A DNA stretch of 64,000 nt from Verrucomicrobiota bacterium. GTDB taxonomy: Bacteria > Verrucomicrobiota > Verrucomicrobiia > Limisphaerales > JANNEF01. The notes beneath the pieces were generated by a model. The model had not been told where the DNA came from. It saw only the letters and a program-made list of their open reading frames with translations, and did not search any database. The position numbers and the translations under genes were made by a program. The stretch is taken from the NCBI GenBank assembly GCA_031378375.1, contig JANNEF010000121.1, positions 2,650-66,649 on the forward strand, given 5' to 3'. Shown here piece by piece: positions 11,077-20,012 of the stretch; positions within the stretch are counted from its first letter, which is position 1; every line of letters starts with the position of its first letter.

Positions 11077-11481
11077 CTAAAGCTGTTCGTCGAACGGGTT
11101 GAAAATGTTCACTCCCAAGCCGGCAAAATCGCCGATGTTTCGGGTGGCGACTGTCCAACCGTGCGCGCGAGCCGTGGCCGCGATGAGCGAGTCCCGCGCA
11201 AAAACCGTGCGGCCTTGGGCGAGGGCTTCGGCGGTCATTTCGCCCCAGGCCAGCGCTTCCAACTCGTCAAAGGGCGCGACCGGCAGCGTCAAGACATCTT
11301 CCAGGAACTGCCGCAGTTGGGGTGTGGGATTGCTCTGGACGCCCTGCTTGATTTCCCCCAGCACAATCGCCGGCAGGCGGGCATCGGCGGCCGGCACCTT
11401 GCGCAAGAACGACATGACTTTGGGCGAGGGGCGCTGTTTGGTGCGCTCACTCAGCACATTGGTATCCAGCAGGTAAATCAC
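11077..11481 (-). CDS. vapC: VapC-type PIN-domain ribonuclease toxin
   Basis: MIYLLDTNVLSE (first acidic PIN residue), later ..ARDSLIAATARAHGWTVATRNIGDF. 134 aa. ATGA overlap with the upstream antitoxin gene. Confidence 0.85.
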   Translation of the reverse strand: MIYLLDTNVLSERTKQRPSPKVMSFLRKVPAADARLPAIVLGEIKQGVQSNPTPQLRQFLEDVLTLPVAPFDELEALAWGEMTAEALAQGRTVFARDSLIAATARAHGWTVATRNIGDFAGLGVNIFNPFDEQL

Positions 11482-11723
11482 AGCTTCACCCGATGCACAC
11501 GCTCTCTTTTGAACTCGGCAAACTCCACGTCCGCGCCGGCGGACCCGGCGAGCGCGTCCGCCACAGACTTGCCCTTGAGTTTTCTGGGCGTCGTCCGCTT
11601 GGGCCGTTCAACGCGGGTCAAGAGCCACTGGTTTTGCCCCTGCTCATCCAACAGCAGAACATCTCCCTTTTGGATCGGGAGCGGCAGCACGACCCGGCGC
11701 TTGTCATCAGGCGTCAATTTCAT
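11478..11723 (-). CDS. antitoxin of VapC (AbrB/SpoVT-like N-terminus likely)
   Basis: MKLTPDDKRRVVLPLPIQKGDVLLL.. resembles the swapped-hairpin SpoVT/AbrB DNA-binding motif. Start chosen at Met28 of the track ORF (11804 is the alternative). 4-nt overlap with vapC. Confidence 0.6.
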   Translation of the reverse strand: MKLTPDDKRRVVLPLPIQKGDVLLLDEQGQNQWLLTRVERPKRTTPRKLKGKSVADALAGSAGADVEFAEFKRERVHRVKL

Positions 11724-11833
11724 GGTGGGACAGTCCCACACCTCGACACTGCCGGCAAATCCCTTCTTTGGCAACGGAAACGGGGTCAGAAACGGGTCAC
11801 CCATTAGCGTGAGCTATCCTGCACATTCGCATA

Positions 11834-11997
11834 TTTCCCGCTCACGACGAACGGCTGTGAACTGACGAGTGACAGGTGACGTGTGATGAGACGCCGGCCA
11901 CCTCACCCTCGGTCCCTCTCCCCGCGCGGAGAGGGAGGAACACGAACTGCGTTTGCGGATGTTTTCCACAGTCACGCCGGTGAAGCCGTGCGGGCGC
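11834..11997 (-). repeat. cassette-associated repeat, copy 4, split by an ~81-bp hairpin insertion
   Basis: The halves 11834-11862 and 11944-11997 match copies 2 and 3. The intervening 11863-11943 contains ccctctccccgcgcggagaggg (a REP-like hairpin) and replaces the repeat's own hairpin core. Confidence 0.7.
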
Positions 11998-11998
11998 C

Positions 11999-12238
11999 TC
12001 AGTGCGGGCGGGGCGGTTCATCGTTCAGGGCCAAGGCAGATGCTTCCGCGCGTTGGCGTTCCTCCTCGGCCACGAGTTGTCGCAGCTCCTCAGCATTGCG
12101 GATGACGGGACCGGAATGGGGGTGTTCGGCCGACCATTTCCGCAGGTTTTCGAACATGCGGTGAATATCGTAACCTGCCTCGCGCGCCAGATCGTCCTTG
12201 ATGCGCCAGACTTCCTCAAGAATCGGATTCGCTTTCAT
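11999..12238 (-). CDS. 79-aa conserved small protein, copy 2 (partner of PIN-like gene)
   Basis: 76/79 aa identical to 8399-8638. Its start overlaps the 3' end of the PIN-like gene. Confidence 0.6.
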   Translation of the reverse strand: MKANPILEEVWRIKDDLAREAGYDIHRMFENLRKWSAEHPHSGPVIRNAEELRQLVAEEERQRAEASALALNDEPPRPH

Positions 12239-12650
12239 CAGCAGAGTCTCCCATCAATTCCAGCGGGGTGCAAACCCTGGGCATCCGCAACCCGGCACGA
12301 AGCACTTCCGCCTCGATCCGCCGCAGGATTTGCGCGTTGGCCAGGTGGCGGCAATTCCAAGTCAGCAAGTAGTCGGCCTCCGCGATGACGGCGGCGGCCA
12401 GGTGAATCGCGTCGGAACGGGCGCGGGCCGGCAGCGCGCCCGAAGCCAGAAAACGAATCGTCAATTGTTCGGCCTCCAACGCGGACGGGATCAAGGTCAA
12501 TCCGGCCAGCACGACGAGCCGGCGTCGGGCCTGCTCCGCATCGCCACGGGCGGCTTCGGCCAGCGTTTCGGCGGAGGTGACGCAGTGAAATCCGATCCGG
12601 CGGCGCTGCCACCAATCGCGCGTGGCTTGTTGCAATCCCGCAGTCACCAC
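12216..12650 (-). CDS. PIN-like domain protein (putative toxin); 5' end unresolved
   Basis: DAIHLAAAVIAEADYLLTWNCRHLAN is typical of a PIN-like family paired with a small downstream gene. The same frame stays open upstream (..FIETTIVSYLVADPSRD..) back to a TAA with no ATG/GTG/TTG. The nearby ATG at ~12710 is out of frame. Confidence 0.55.
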   Translation of the reverse strand: MVTAGLQQATRDWWQRRRIGFHCVTSAETLAEAARGDAEQARRRLVVLAGLTLIPSALEAEQLTIRFLASGALPARARSDAIHLAAAVIAEADYLLTWNCRHLANAQILRRIEAEVLRAGLRMPRVCTPLELMGDSADESESDS

Positions 12651-13084
12651 GTCCCGGCTGGGATCAGCGACGAGGTAGCTGACAATCGTCGTCTCGATAA
12701 AACGGTTTCCATGTCGGTGCCAGGGCCGACTTTAGTTGCCCGATTCCTCTGGTCAATGGCTCAGAAATGGGCTGATCGGGCCGTTCAGAGATCCACTGAC
12801 ACCGTCGGGGAAATTGCTGGTTGAAGATGGAGAGTTGATGGACGGAAGGGGACACCTCACCCCCCTTCAATTTCCGATTTCAGATTGCCGATTTGCGATT
12901 TGAAGCCGGCCAGAGCGGGCACCTCGCCCGTCCGGCGGTGAGAAAACGAACACCTCACCCATGATTGCTGGCATCAAGTCCCAACTTTCGCACGGAAAAT
13001 TCTTCTGGCGAGCTAAGGGGCTGGGGTGAAATGAGTTGATCGATCGGGCTGGACTTGCGGGAAAAAGTTTTCCATCCTCCGGCC

Positions 13085-14909
13085 ATGTCGAAACCGTCCC
13101 GAACCACTTCCGCCACCGTCTCCGGCGCGCTGGCGGCCATCCAAGTTCAACTGCTCCCGACGGCCAAGGCCCGCGCCCGCCGTCTGCTGGCCAAACATCA
13201 TTATCTGGGCGATGTCCGCGCGGTGGGCGAACAACTCTTTTACGCGCTCACCGCAGCCGACGGCGACTGGCTCGGGGTGCTCGTCTTCTGCGCCGCCTCG
13301 CGCCGCTTGCGCGCCCGCGACCAATGGATCGGCTGGAGCGAGGAGCAACGCCGCCGCCGTCTCCCGCTGGTCGTCAACAACTGCCGCTTCCTGCTCCTGC
13401 CGCACAAGACCTTGCCCAATCTCGGCTCGCGCGCCCTGCGGCTGACGCTCGACCGCCTGTCCGCCGACTGGCAGGCGCGTTACGGCCATCCCGTCGTGCT
13501 GGTCGAAACGTTCGTCGATCCCGAGCAGTTCTCCGGCACCGTCTACACCGCCAACGGCTGGCAGGAGCTGGGCACCACCGACGGCTTTGGCCGCGTGCGC
13601 CGTGACTTCTACGTGCAGCATAAGAAACCCAAGCGCCTCTTCGCCCGGGAACTGTGCCGCAACGCCCGGCGCAGCCTGGCCGCCGACCAACTCCGGCCCG
13701 CGCTGGCTGCGGTCGAAGCCCGCACCCGGCCGCGCAGCCCGCAAAGCCCCGCGCAGATCCGCTCCCTGGTCGAACACCTCAAGACCCTGCCCGACTATCG
13801 CGCGCGCATCGGCATCTATCCGCTGTGGAGCCTGGTCGCCATGGGCGTGCTGGCCCATCTGTGCGGCGCGCCGCGCGGCCCCAAGGAGTGGTCTCTCTTC
13901 GCCAAGGGTCTGAGCCGGGCGCAGCGCAGCGCCCTGGGCGTGCGCCGGCAGGCCGACGGTTATCCGGCGCCCGGACCGTCCACCTTCTGGCGGCTCCTGG
14001 CGCGCATCGACGGCGACGCTTTGGAAAAGATTTTCCTGCAGGTGCAGGAACAACTGCGCGGCCCCGCCCCGCCCGACGAACTCATCGTGCTGGACGGCAA
14101 AGAGCCCCGGCACGGCGGCGGCCACGCCGTGCTCACCGCCGTCACCGTGCCCGGCCAGCATTACCTGGGCAGCGCGCTGGTGGACCAGAAGACCAACGAG
14201 ATCCCCGTCGCGCGCGAACTCTTCAAGAAGCTCGACCTGGACGGGCGCAAAGTCAGCCTCGACGCCCTCCACACCCAGGACCAGACCGCGCGCGAACTGG
14301 TGCTCGCACACGGCGCTGACTTTCTCCTGACCGTCAAAGACAACCAGCCCACGCTGCGGGCGAACATTGAAAAACTCGTTCCCGCCCCGCCGGCGGATTT
14401 TTCCCCCTCGAGTGGCCACGGCCACGCTGGCGGGCAAACGCGAGTTTAACAAAGGCCAGCCCGAAGTGCGGGTGCTGCGCTCCTGTGCCAGCAGCGCCGA
14501 GTCGATGGACTTCCCCGGCGTCCAACAAGTCGCCTTGCTGCGCCGCCACCTGCGCCAGCATTCGCCGGAAACCGTCGCGCTGGTGACGAGCCTGCCGCCC
14601 GAAGAATTGAACGCCGCGCAGTGGCTGGAGTTCAACCGTGCGGCCTGGGGCATCGCAAGCGGCCTGCACCAGCGCCTGGACGTCTCGCACCGCGACGACC
14701 AGTGCCGCGTGCGCCTGCCGCGCTCGATGCGAGTCATCGGGATGTTCCGCCGCTTGAGCAACAGCCTGTTCATGCACTGGCGCAGCCGGCAAAAGAAACC
14801 CCGGCACCAAACCACCACCGACTTCTTCACCGCCATGAACGCCGAACATCATCGCTATGCCCTTCGCTGCCTAAAGGCCCGCCAGCCAAGCTTCTGCTCC
14901 GCTTCGTGA
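13085..14909 (+). mobile_element. ISAs1-family transposase with N-terminal DUF4338 (DruA-like) domain, interrupted by a frameshift
   Basis: N-terminus LLAKHHYLG..WIGWSEEQRRRRL..VVNNCRFLLLP..VETFVDPEQFSGTVYTANGW matches DUF4338. The middle (VLDGKEPRHGGG..LHTQ..FLLTVKDNQP) is a DDE ISAs1-type transposase. Frame 1 stops at 14449, and the C-terminal part (..DFPGVQQVALLRRH..) continues in another frame from 14367 to 14909. Confidence 0.75.
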
Positions 14910-15071
14910 ACTGGCCATCCGCAGTAGGACGGTGAAGAATTGATGGCTGGAGGGTTCCGAGAACGATCCCGTATCGTTTGGGGACACTCTCGTCTGGTTT
15001 CAGGACACGCCGGGGCGGATTGGGTAAGGTACGTTGAGGATGGAGAAGTCGCCCGGTTCGATTGAACCGTT

Positions 15072-15243
15072 GCTCCGAAGCTGGCGAAACGCCGACAGTG
15101 GCGCGCGGCCTTCAGGCCGCTTCAACGGACGCAAGTCTGCGGGTGAGAGCTGGCACTTTTACTGTCGCACGCCGAGGCGGCCTGAAGGCCGCGCGCCTTG
15201 CGCCTCGGCTCAGGCCCGCTCGCGGGCTACTTCGGAATTCGGG
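15072..15243. repeat. 172-bp MITE-like element, copy A
   Basis: Internal inverted repeat gcgcgcggccttcaggccgc ... gcggcctgaaggccgcgcgc. More than 90% identical by eye to the reverse complement of 24121-24292. Confidence 0.8.
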
Positions 15244-15406
15244 TTGAAGGGCGCAACGCATCGGTTGATGAAACGACGCCCTTGGTTGAACATGGTCCGG
15301 GTTGAGCGGCGGGGATCACCCGTGTCCGGAACTTTCTCTGGCGCTGGGCACATGGCGCTGCCTTGCCTGTTCAGAGAACGGCGCGAGTCGTCCCAGAGCT
15401 CGCGGC

Positions 15407-15883
15407 TCACGCGCCGGGCAGCGATTTCATCACCCGCGCCATTTCCAGCGCCGTTCGCGCGGCTTCCGCGCCGCGATTGTGCGTGCGGCCCAGGCACCGT
15501 TCCTTCGCCTGTTGCTCGTTTTCCAGCAGCAGGACTTCGTGGATGATCGGCACGCCGCCATGAAGCTGAAGCGTCGAGAGCGCCTGTGTCACGGCCTCGC
15601 CGACGTGCTGCGCGTGCGTCGTCGCACCGCGCAGAATCACGCCCAGGCACACGATCGCCGACAGCGGCGGCGACGCCTCGCGCACCAACCGCGCCGCGAC
15701 GACCGGAATCTCAAACGCCCCTGGCACGCGCACAACTTGCACGTCCCGCGCGCCCGCGCGCCGCAATTCCGCCTGCGCCGCCCGCAGCATGGCGTCCACG
15801 TAGCGCGCGTTGTATTTCGACGCGATGATCGCAAAAGTCCCGCCGTCGGCCTTGAGAGTTCTGGTTGGGATTTGTTTCAACAT
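15407..15883 (-). CDS. ribH: 6,7-dimethyl-8-ribityllumazine synthase
   Basis: FAIIASKYNARYVD, VPGAFEIPVVA and CLGVILRGATTH hallmark segments. 158 aa. Confidence 0.9.
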   Translation of the reverse strand: MLKQIPTRTLKADGGTFAIIASKYNARYVDAMLRAAQAELRRAGARDVQVVRVPGAFEIPVVAARLVREASPPLSAIVCLGVILRGATTHAQHVGEAVTQALSTLQLHGGVPIIHEVLLLENEQQAKERCLGRTHNRGAEAARTALEMARVMKSLPGA

Positions 15884-15917
15884 GTTGGCTCGGCTCCGGG
15901 TTCAATTGCCGGCTCCA

Positions 15918-17117
15918 TCAAATCAGGTGCCCCAGCTTTTCCCGCTTGGTCTTGAGGTATTTCTGGTTGTGCCGGTTGGGGGCCACGCGGATGGGCACCT
16001 GCTCGACGATTTCCAGGCCGTAGCCATCCAGCCCCACGAGCTTTTTGGGATTGTTCGTCAGCAGCCGGATGGTTTTCAACCCGAGGTCCACCAGGATTTG
16101 CGCGCCCAGCCCGTATTCCCGCAAATCCATTTTGAAGCCGAGCTTCAAGTTCGCCTCCACCGTGTCGTAGCCGCGCTCCTGTAATTTGTAGGCCTTGATC
16201 TTCGGCGCCAGCCCGATGCCGCGCCCTTCCTGCCGCATGTAAACGATGACGCCCCGACCTTCCGCCGCCACCTGCCGCATCGCCTGCTGCAGTTGATGCC
16301 CGCAATCGCAGCGGCGCGAGCCGAACACGTCGCCCGTCAGGCACTCGCTATGCACGCGCACCAGCACGCCCTGCTTGTTCGCCACGTCGCCCTTCACCAG
16401 CGCCAGATGATGCTGGCCGTCGGTGTTGGACCGGTACAGATACAAGTCGAAGTCACCGTAATCGGTTGGCAGCTTCACCACTTCGACGCGCTCGACCAAC
16501 TTCTCCCGCGTGCGACGAAACTTGATCAAGTCTTCGATGGAACAAATTTTCAGCCGGTGTTTGCGCGCGAACTTGAGCAAGTCGGGCAGCCGCGCCATCG
16601 TGCCGTCGTCGTTCAACACCTCGCAGATGACACCCATGGGCCGGCACCCGGCGAGCTTCGCCAGGTCCACCGCCGCCTCCGTGTGGCCCGCGCGCTGCAA
16701 CACCCCGCCCGCCCGCGCCCGCAGCGGGAAGATGTGCCCCGGCTGCACGAGGCATTCCGGGAGCGCCGTCGGGTCCGCCATCACTTGAATCGTCCGCGCA
16801 CGATCCGCCGCGCTGATGCCGGTGGTGACGCCCCGGGCGGCGTCCACGCTCACCTGGAAATCCGTTTTGAACGTCTCACGGTTCTGCGTGACCATCTGCT
16901 CGATGCCCAACTGCTTGAGCCGCTCGGAAGTCGTCGGCACACAGATCAACCCACGCCCATGCTTGGCCATGAAGTTGATGGCCGCCGGCGTTGTGTGTTC
17001 GGCGGCGAGGATCAAGTCGCCTTCGTTCTCGCGGTCGGCGTCGTCCACCACGATCACCATTTTGCCTTTCCGCAAATCGGCAATCACGGCGGCGATGGAA
17101 TCAAACGGGTCTTTCAT
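15918..17117 (-). CDS. ribBA: bifunctional 3,4-dihydroxy-2-butanone-4-phosphate synthase / GTP cyclohydrolase II
   Basis: DHBPS half ([14 protein letters not shown]), GCH-II half ([21 protein letters not shown]..). Start taken at MKDPFDSI (17117), not the track start 17216. Confidence 0.9.
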   Translation of the reverse strand: MKDPFDSIAAVIADLRKGKMVIVVDDADRENEGDLILAAEHTTPAAINFMAKHGRGLICVPTTSERLKQLGIEQMVTQNRETFKTDFQVSVDAARGVTTGISAADRARTIQVMADPTALPECLVQPGHIFPLRARAGGVLQRAGHTEAAVDLAKLAGCRPMGVICEVLNDDGTMARLPDLLKFARKHRLKICSIEDLIKFRRTREKLVERVEVVKLPTDYGDFDLYLYRSNTDGQHHLALVKGDVANKQGVLVRVHSECLTGDVFGSRRCDCGHQLQQAMRQVAAEGRGVIVYMRQEGRGIGLAPKIKAYKLQERGYDTVEANLKLGFKMDLREYGLGAQILVDLGLKTIRLLTNNPKKLVGLDGYGLEIVEQVPIRVAPNRHNQKYLKTKREKLGHLI

Positions 17118-17266
17118 GCGCGGCGGCGAGCTTAGACGGGCGACCGGCGGGTGCCAGCAACAAACTTCATGGCTGAAACGATCCCGCCAGCCACGCGGCC
17201 GGAATGGCGCGGCCATGTTTTCCCCTTGGCTTGCCCGCCCGGTTGACGGTTTACTCTCGCCACCTG

Positions 17267-18316
17267 ATGAAACTAAAAGCCTACGCCCGCGCGGGTGTTG
17301 ATATTGACCTCGGCAACCGCGTCAAAGCCACCCTGCCACAGTTGCTCGCGTCCACGCACCGCCGCGAGGTGCTCGGCAAGGTCGGCGGCTTCGGCGGCCT
17401 GTTCGCGCTTGATGTGAAGAAGTTCCGCCAGCCCGTGCTCGTCTCCAGCGTGGACGGCGTCGGCACCAAGTTGAAGATCGCCTTCGCGATGGACCGGCAC
17501 GACACCATCGGCCAGGACCTGGTCAATCATTGCGTCAACGACATCGCTGTGCTCGGCGCCGAACCGCTGTTCTTTCTCGACTACCTGGGCACCGGCAAAC
17601 TGGAGCCACGGGTGTTCACTGAAATTCTCCAGGGCTTCGCCAAGGCATGCGCCGAAAATCGGTGTGCCCTCATCGGCGGCGAAACCGCACAGATGCCGGG
17701 CTTCTATCAACCAGGCGAGTACGACGTGAGCGGCACCGTCGTCGGGGTGGTGGAGAAGTCGCGGATGCTGGATGGCAAAACCATCCGCCCCGGCGACGCC
17801 GTGATTGGCCTGGCAGCGAGCGGTCTGCACACCAATGGCTATTCGCTGGCGCGGAAGATTTTCTTCGACCAGATGAAACTCAAGCCCACGAGCCGCGTCG
17901 CCGAACTCGGCAACACCATCGGCGATGAATTGCTCAAGGTGCATGTCAGCTACGGCCCGCTGGTGCAGGCGCTGTTGAAAAAGTTCAACCCCGGCAACCA
18001 CCGCGTCGTCAAAGGCCTGGCTCACATCACCGGCGGCGGCTTCGTGGACAACCTCCCGCGCGTGCTGCCGAAGAACTGCGACGCGGTGATCCGCAAAGGC
18101 TCGTGGGACATGTTGCCGATCTTCCAGATGCTGCGCGCCCGTGGCGGTGTGCCGGAGGCCGAGTTGTACCAGGTTTTCAACATGGGCATTGGCATGACGA
18201 TCGTGATCGCGCCGGAGAAGGTGGACGCGGTGTTGAAATTCATCCACGCGCGAAAGCAGCGCGCGTGGCTGATTGGCGAAGTGACAAAAGGTCACGGCAC
18301 CGCGCGAGTCATTTGA
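17267..18316 (+). CDS. purM: phosphoribosylformylglycinamidine cyclo-ligase (AIR synthetase)
   Basis: [21 protein letters not shown] and AHITGGGF motifs. Start at [14 protein letters not shown] (17267). Confidence 0.9.
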   Translation: MKLKAYARAGVDIDLGNRVKATLPQLLASTHRREVLGKVGGFGGLFALDVKKFRQPVLVSSVDGVGTKLKIAFAMDRHDTIGQDLVNHCVNDIAVLGAEPLFFLDYLGTGKLEPRVFTEILQGFAKACAENRCALIGGETAQMPGFYQPGEYDVSGTVVGVVEKSRMLDGKTIRPGDAVIGLAASGLHTNGYSLARKIFFDQMKLKPTSRVAELGNTIGDELLKVHVSYGPLVQALLKKFNPGNHRVVKGLAHITGGGFVDNLPRVLPKNCDAVIRKGSWDMLPIFQMLRARGGVPEAELYQVFNMGIGMTIVIAPEKVDAVLKFIHARKQRAWLIGEVTKGHGTARVI

Positions 18317-18590
18317 TTCACTGATGCGGCGCTGGGGCCTCGCCAGCAAAGTCGTGCGGGCATCTCGTCCACACAAGGCACGCCGGGCGTGATGCCCGCC
18401 GAACGAGCACCGGCGTGGGTGCTTCCCCCCTTCCTGTTTCCGATCAAGCTCTAAAGTATTTCCCGCCAAATACCAATAAACCCACTGGACACCGCGCTCG
18501 GGACGGGCCTGTGGTTGGCAGCGGCGCTTTCGATTCTTCCGCCATCCGACCGGCAGCTTGCCTGTTGCTCGACGGGGTCCCGCGAGAAAC

Positions 18591-20012
18591 ATGCTGCACA
18601 TTCAATCAGAGGAATCGTTGACGGACGGCCAGCCGAACTTTTGTGTCCACGATCTAATCCGCATCCAGGCACGCCGCCGCCCCGATGCCCCGGCCATCGC
18701 CGGGCCGGGCCGCGCGCCGCTGGCCTATGGCCGCCTGTGCGTGCAAGTAGACGACGTGGTGCGCAAACTCAACGCGATGGGTGTGGGCCGCAACGAGCGC
18801 GTCGCCCTCGCGCTGCCGAATGGACCGGAGCTGGCCGTGGCCATGCTCGGAGTGGCGGCGGCGGCCACCAGCGCGCCGCTGGACCCGGCTTCGCGCGCCG
18901 AAGAGTTTGAAGCTCACCTGACTGCAATCCGAGCGAGGGCTCTGATCGTTCAAGCCGGTTTTGATTCACCCGCCCGCGCCATCGCTCACGCGCGCGGAAT
19001 CACCATCGTGGAACTATCGCCTATGCTGGGCGCGGAGGCGGGCCTCTTTGCACTGCGCGGCAACGACAGCGCCCGGCCGGCACGCCATGGCTTCGCGGAG
19101 CCGGGCGACGCGGCGGTGATACTACCGACATCCAACCCGGTCGCCCGATCGGGCCTGGTGCCGTTGACGCACATGAATCTATGCGCCTCGGCGTTCAACA
19201 TCGGCGCCACGTTGCGGCTGCTGGAACGGGATCGGTGTCTGAATCTGATGCCACTGTTCGAGGTTCACGGCCTGGTCAGCGCGCTGGTTTCCTCGCTGGT
19301 CGCCGGAGCCGGGGTGTTCTGTGCACCGGAGTTCAGCGTGGTCCAGTTTTACGACTGGTTGCAGGAGTTCCGGCCGACGTGGTTCACCGCCGCGCCCGCG
19401 ACGCACCAGATCATCCTCGCGGGCGCCCATACTCGTCGCGACATCCTTGCCCATTGCCCGCTGCGGTTCGTGCGCTCATTGGGCAGGGTATTGCCGGCGG
19501 AACTGGCGGGAGATTTGGAAAGAGTTTTCAAAGCGCCGGTGATCGAAGGTTACGGCCTGACCGAGGCGGCGGATCAAATCACCTCCAACCTCCTGCCGCC
19601 GGGCGTTCGCAAGCCCGGCTCCTCGGGAAAAGCAGCGGGGCCGGAGGTCGCCATCATGGATCGCGCCGGCCATGTGCTCGCGCGCGGACGAACCGGTGAG
19701 ATCGTCATACGCGGCCCCAACGTCGCGCTTGGTCCCGAAGGAGCCGCGGCCACCACCGCTGGCGCAGCGGCCAGCGGCTGGTTACGCACGGGCGACTTGG
19801 GGTATCTCGACCAGGACGGCTTCCTGTTCATTACCCAACATCAAGCGGACCAATCGCACCCGCATCGCGAGAATCCAGCCTCGCCGGCTGGGAAACCGGC
19901 GGCGGCGGCACCGCACTGGGCGGATGGCACCGGATTGCATATCGCGGACGAACCGCCAATCAACCGGCTGGAAACACGGAACCCCAGCGGCTCGGATGAT
20001 GACCAAAGTTGA
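18591..20012 (+). CDS. adenylate-forming enzyme family protein (acyl/aryl-AMP ligase-like), degenerate
   Basis: A5 EGYGLTEA and A7 LRTGDLGYLDQDGFLFIT are present. The P-loop/A3 is replaced at equal length (ILPTSNPVARSGLVPLTH against the usual YTSGTTGxPKG). The A8-A10 C-terminal subdomain is replaced by a low-complexity tail. The stop overlaps the NRPS start. Confidence 0.65.
   Translation: MLHIQSEESLTDGQPNFCVHDLIRIQARRRPDAPAIAGPGRAPLAYGRLCVQVDDVVRKLNAMGVGRNERVALALPNGPELAVAMLGVAAAATSAPLDPASRAEEFEAHLTAIRARALIVQAGFDSPARAIAHARGITIVELSPMLGAEAGLFALRGNDSARPARHGFAEPGDAAVILPTSNPVARSGLVPLTHMNLCASAFNIGATLRLLERDRCLNLMPLFEVHGLVSALVSSLVAGAGVFCAPEFSVVQFYDWLQEFRPTWFTAAPATHQIILAGAHTRRDILAHCPLRFVRSLGRVLPAELAGDLERVFKAPVIEGYGLTEAADQITSNLLPPGVRKPGSSGKAAGPEVAIMDRAGHVLARGRTGEIVIRGPNVALGPEGAAATTAGAAASGWLRTGDLGYLDQDGFLFITQHQADQSHPHRENPASPAGKPAAAAPHWADGTGLHIADEPPINRLETRNPSGSDDDQS

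Noticed and set aside
13013-14836. 607-aa minus-strand ORF across the ISAs1 element
   Set aside because: It is antisense to the recognisable DUF4338/DDE transposase frames. It is low-complexity and Arg/Gly-rich with no motif.
17118-17266. FMN (RFN) riboswitch expected upstream of ribBA
   Set aside because: I read the minus-strand leader and did not find the conserved RFN segments (GGTGAAATTCC / CCGACAGT / GGATGG-type cores). The ~150 nt are shared with the divergent purM promoter. A covariance-model scan would be decisive.
19672-19995. 108-codon N-terminal extension of the NRPS ORF (track start 19672), which would overlap the upstream ligase gene
   Set aside because: The extension is Arg/Pro-rich and out of frame with the ligase motifs. 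The C-domain homology begins right after the ATGATG at 19996. A weak resemblance of this frame to the A8 motif (IKRTNRTRIARIQPRRL against IKxLINRGGExISPxEVE) is too poor to call a frameshifted fusion.
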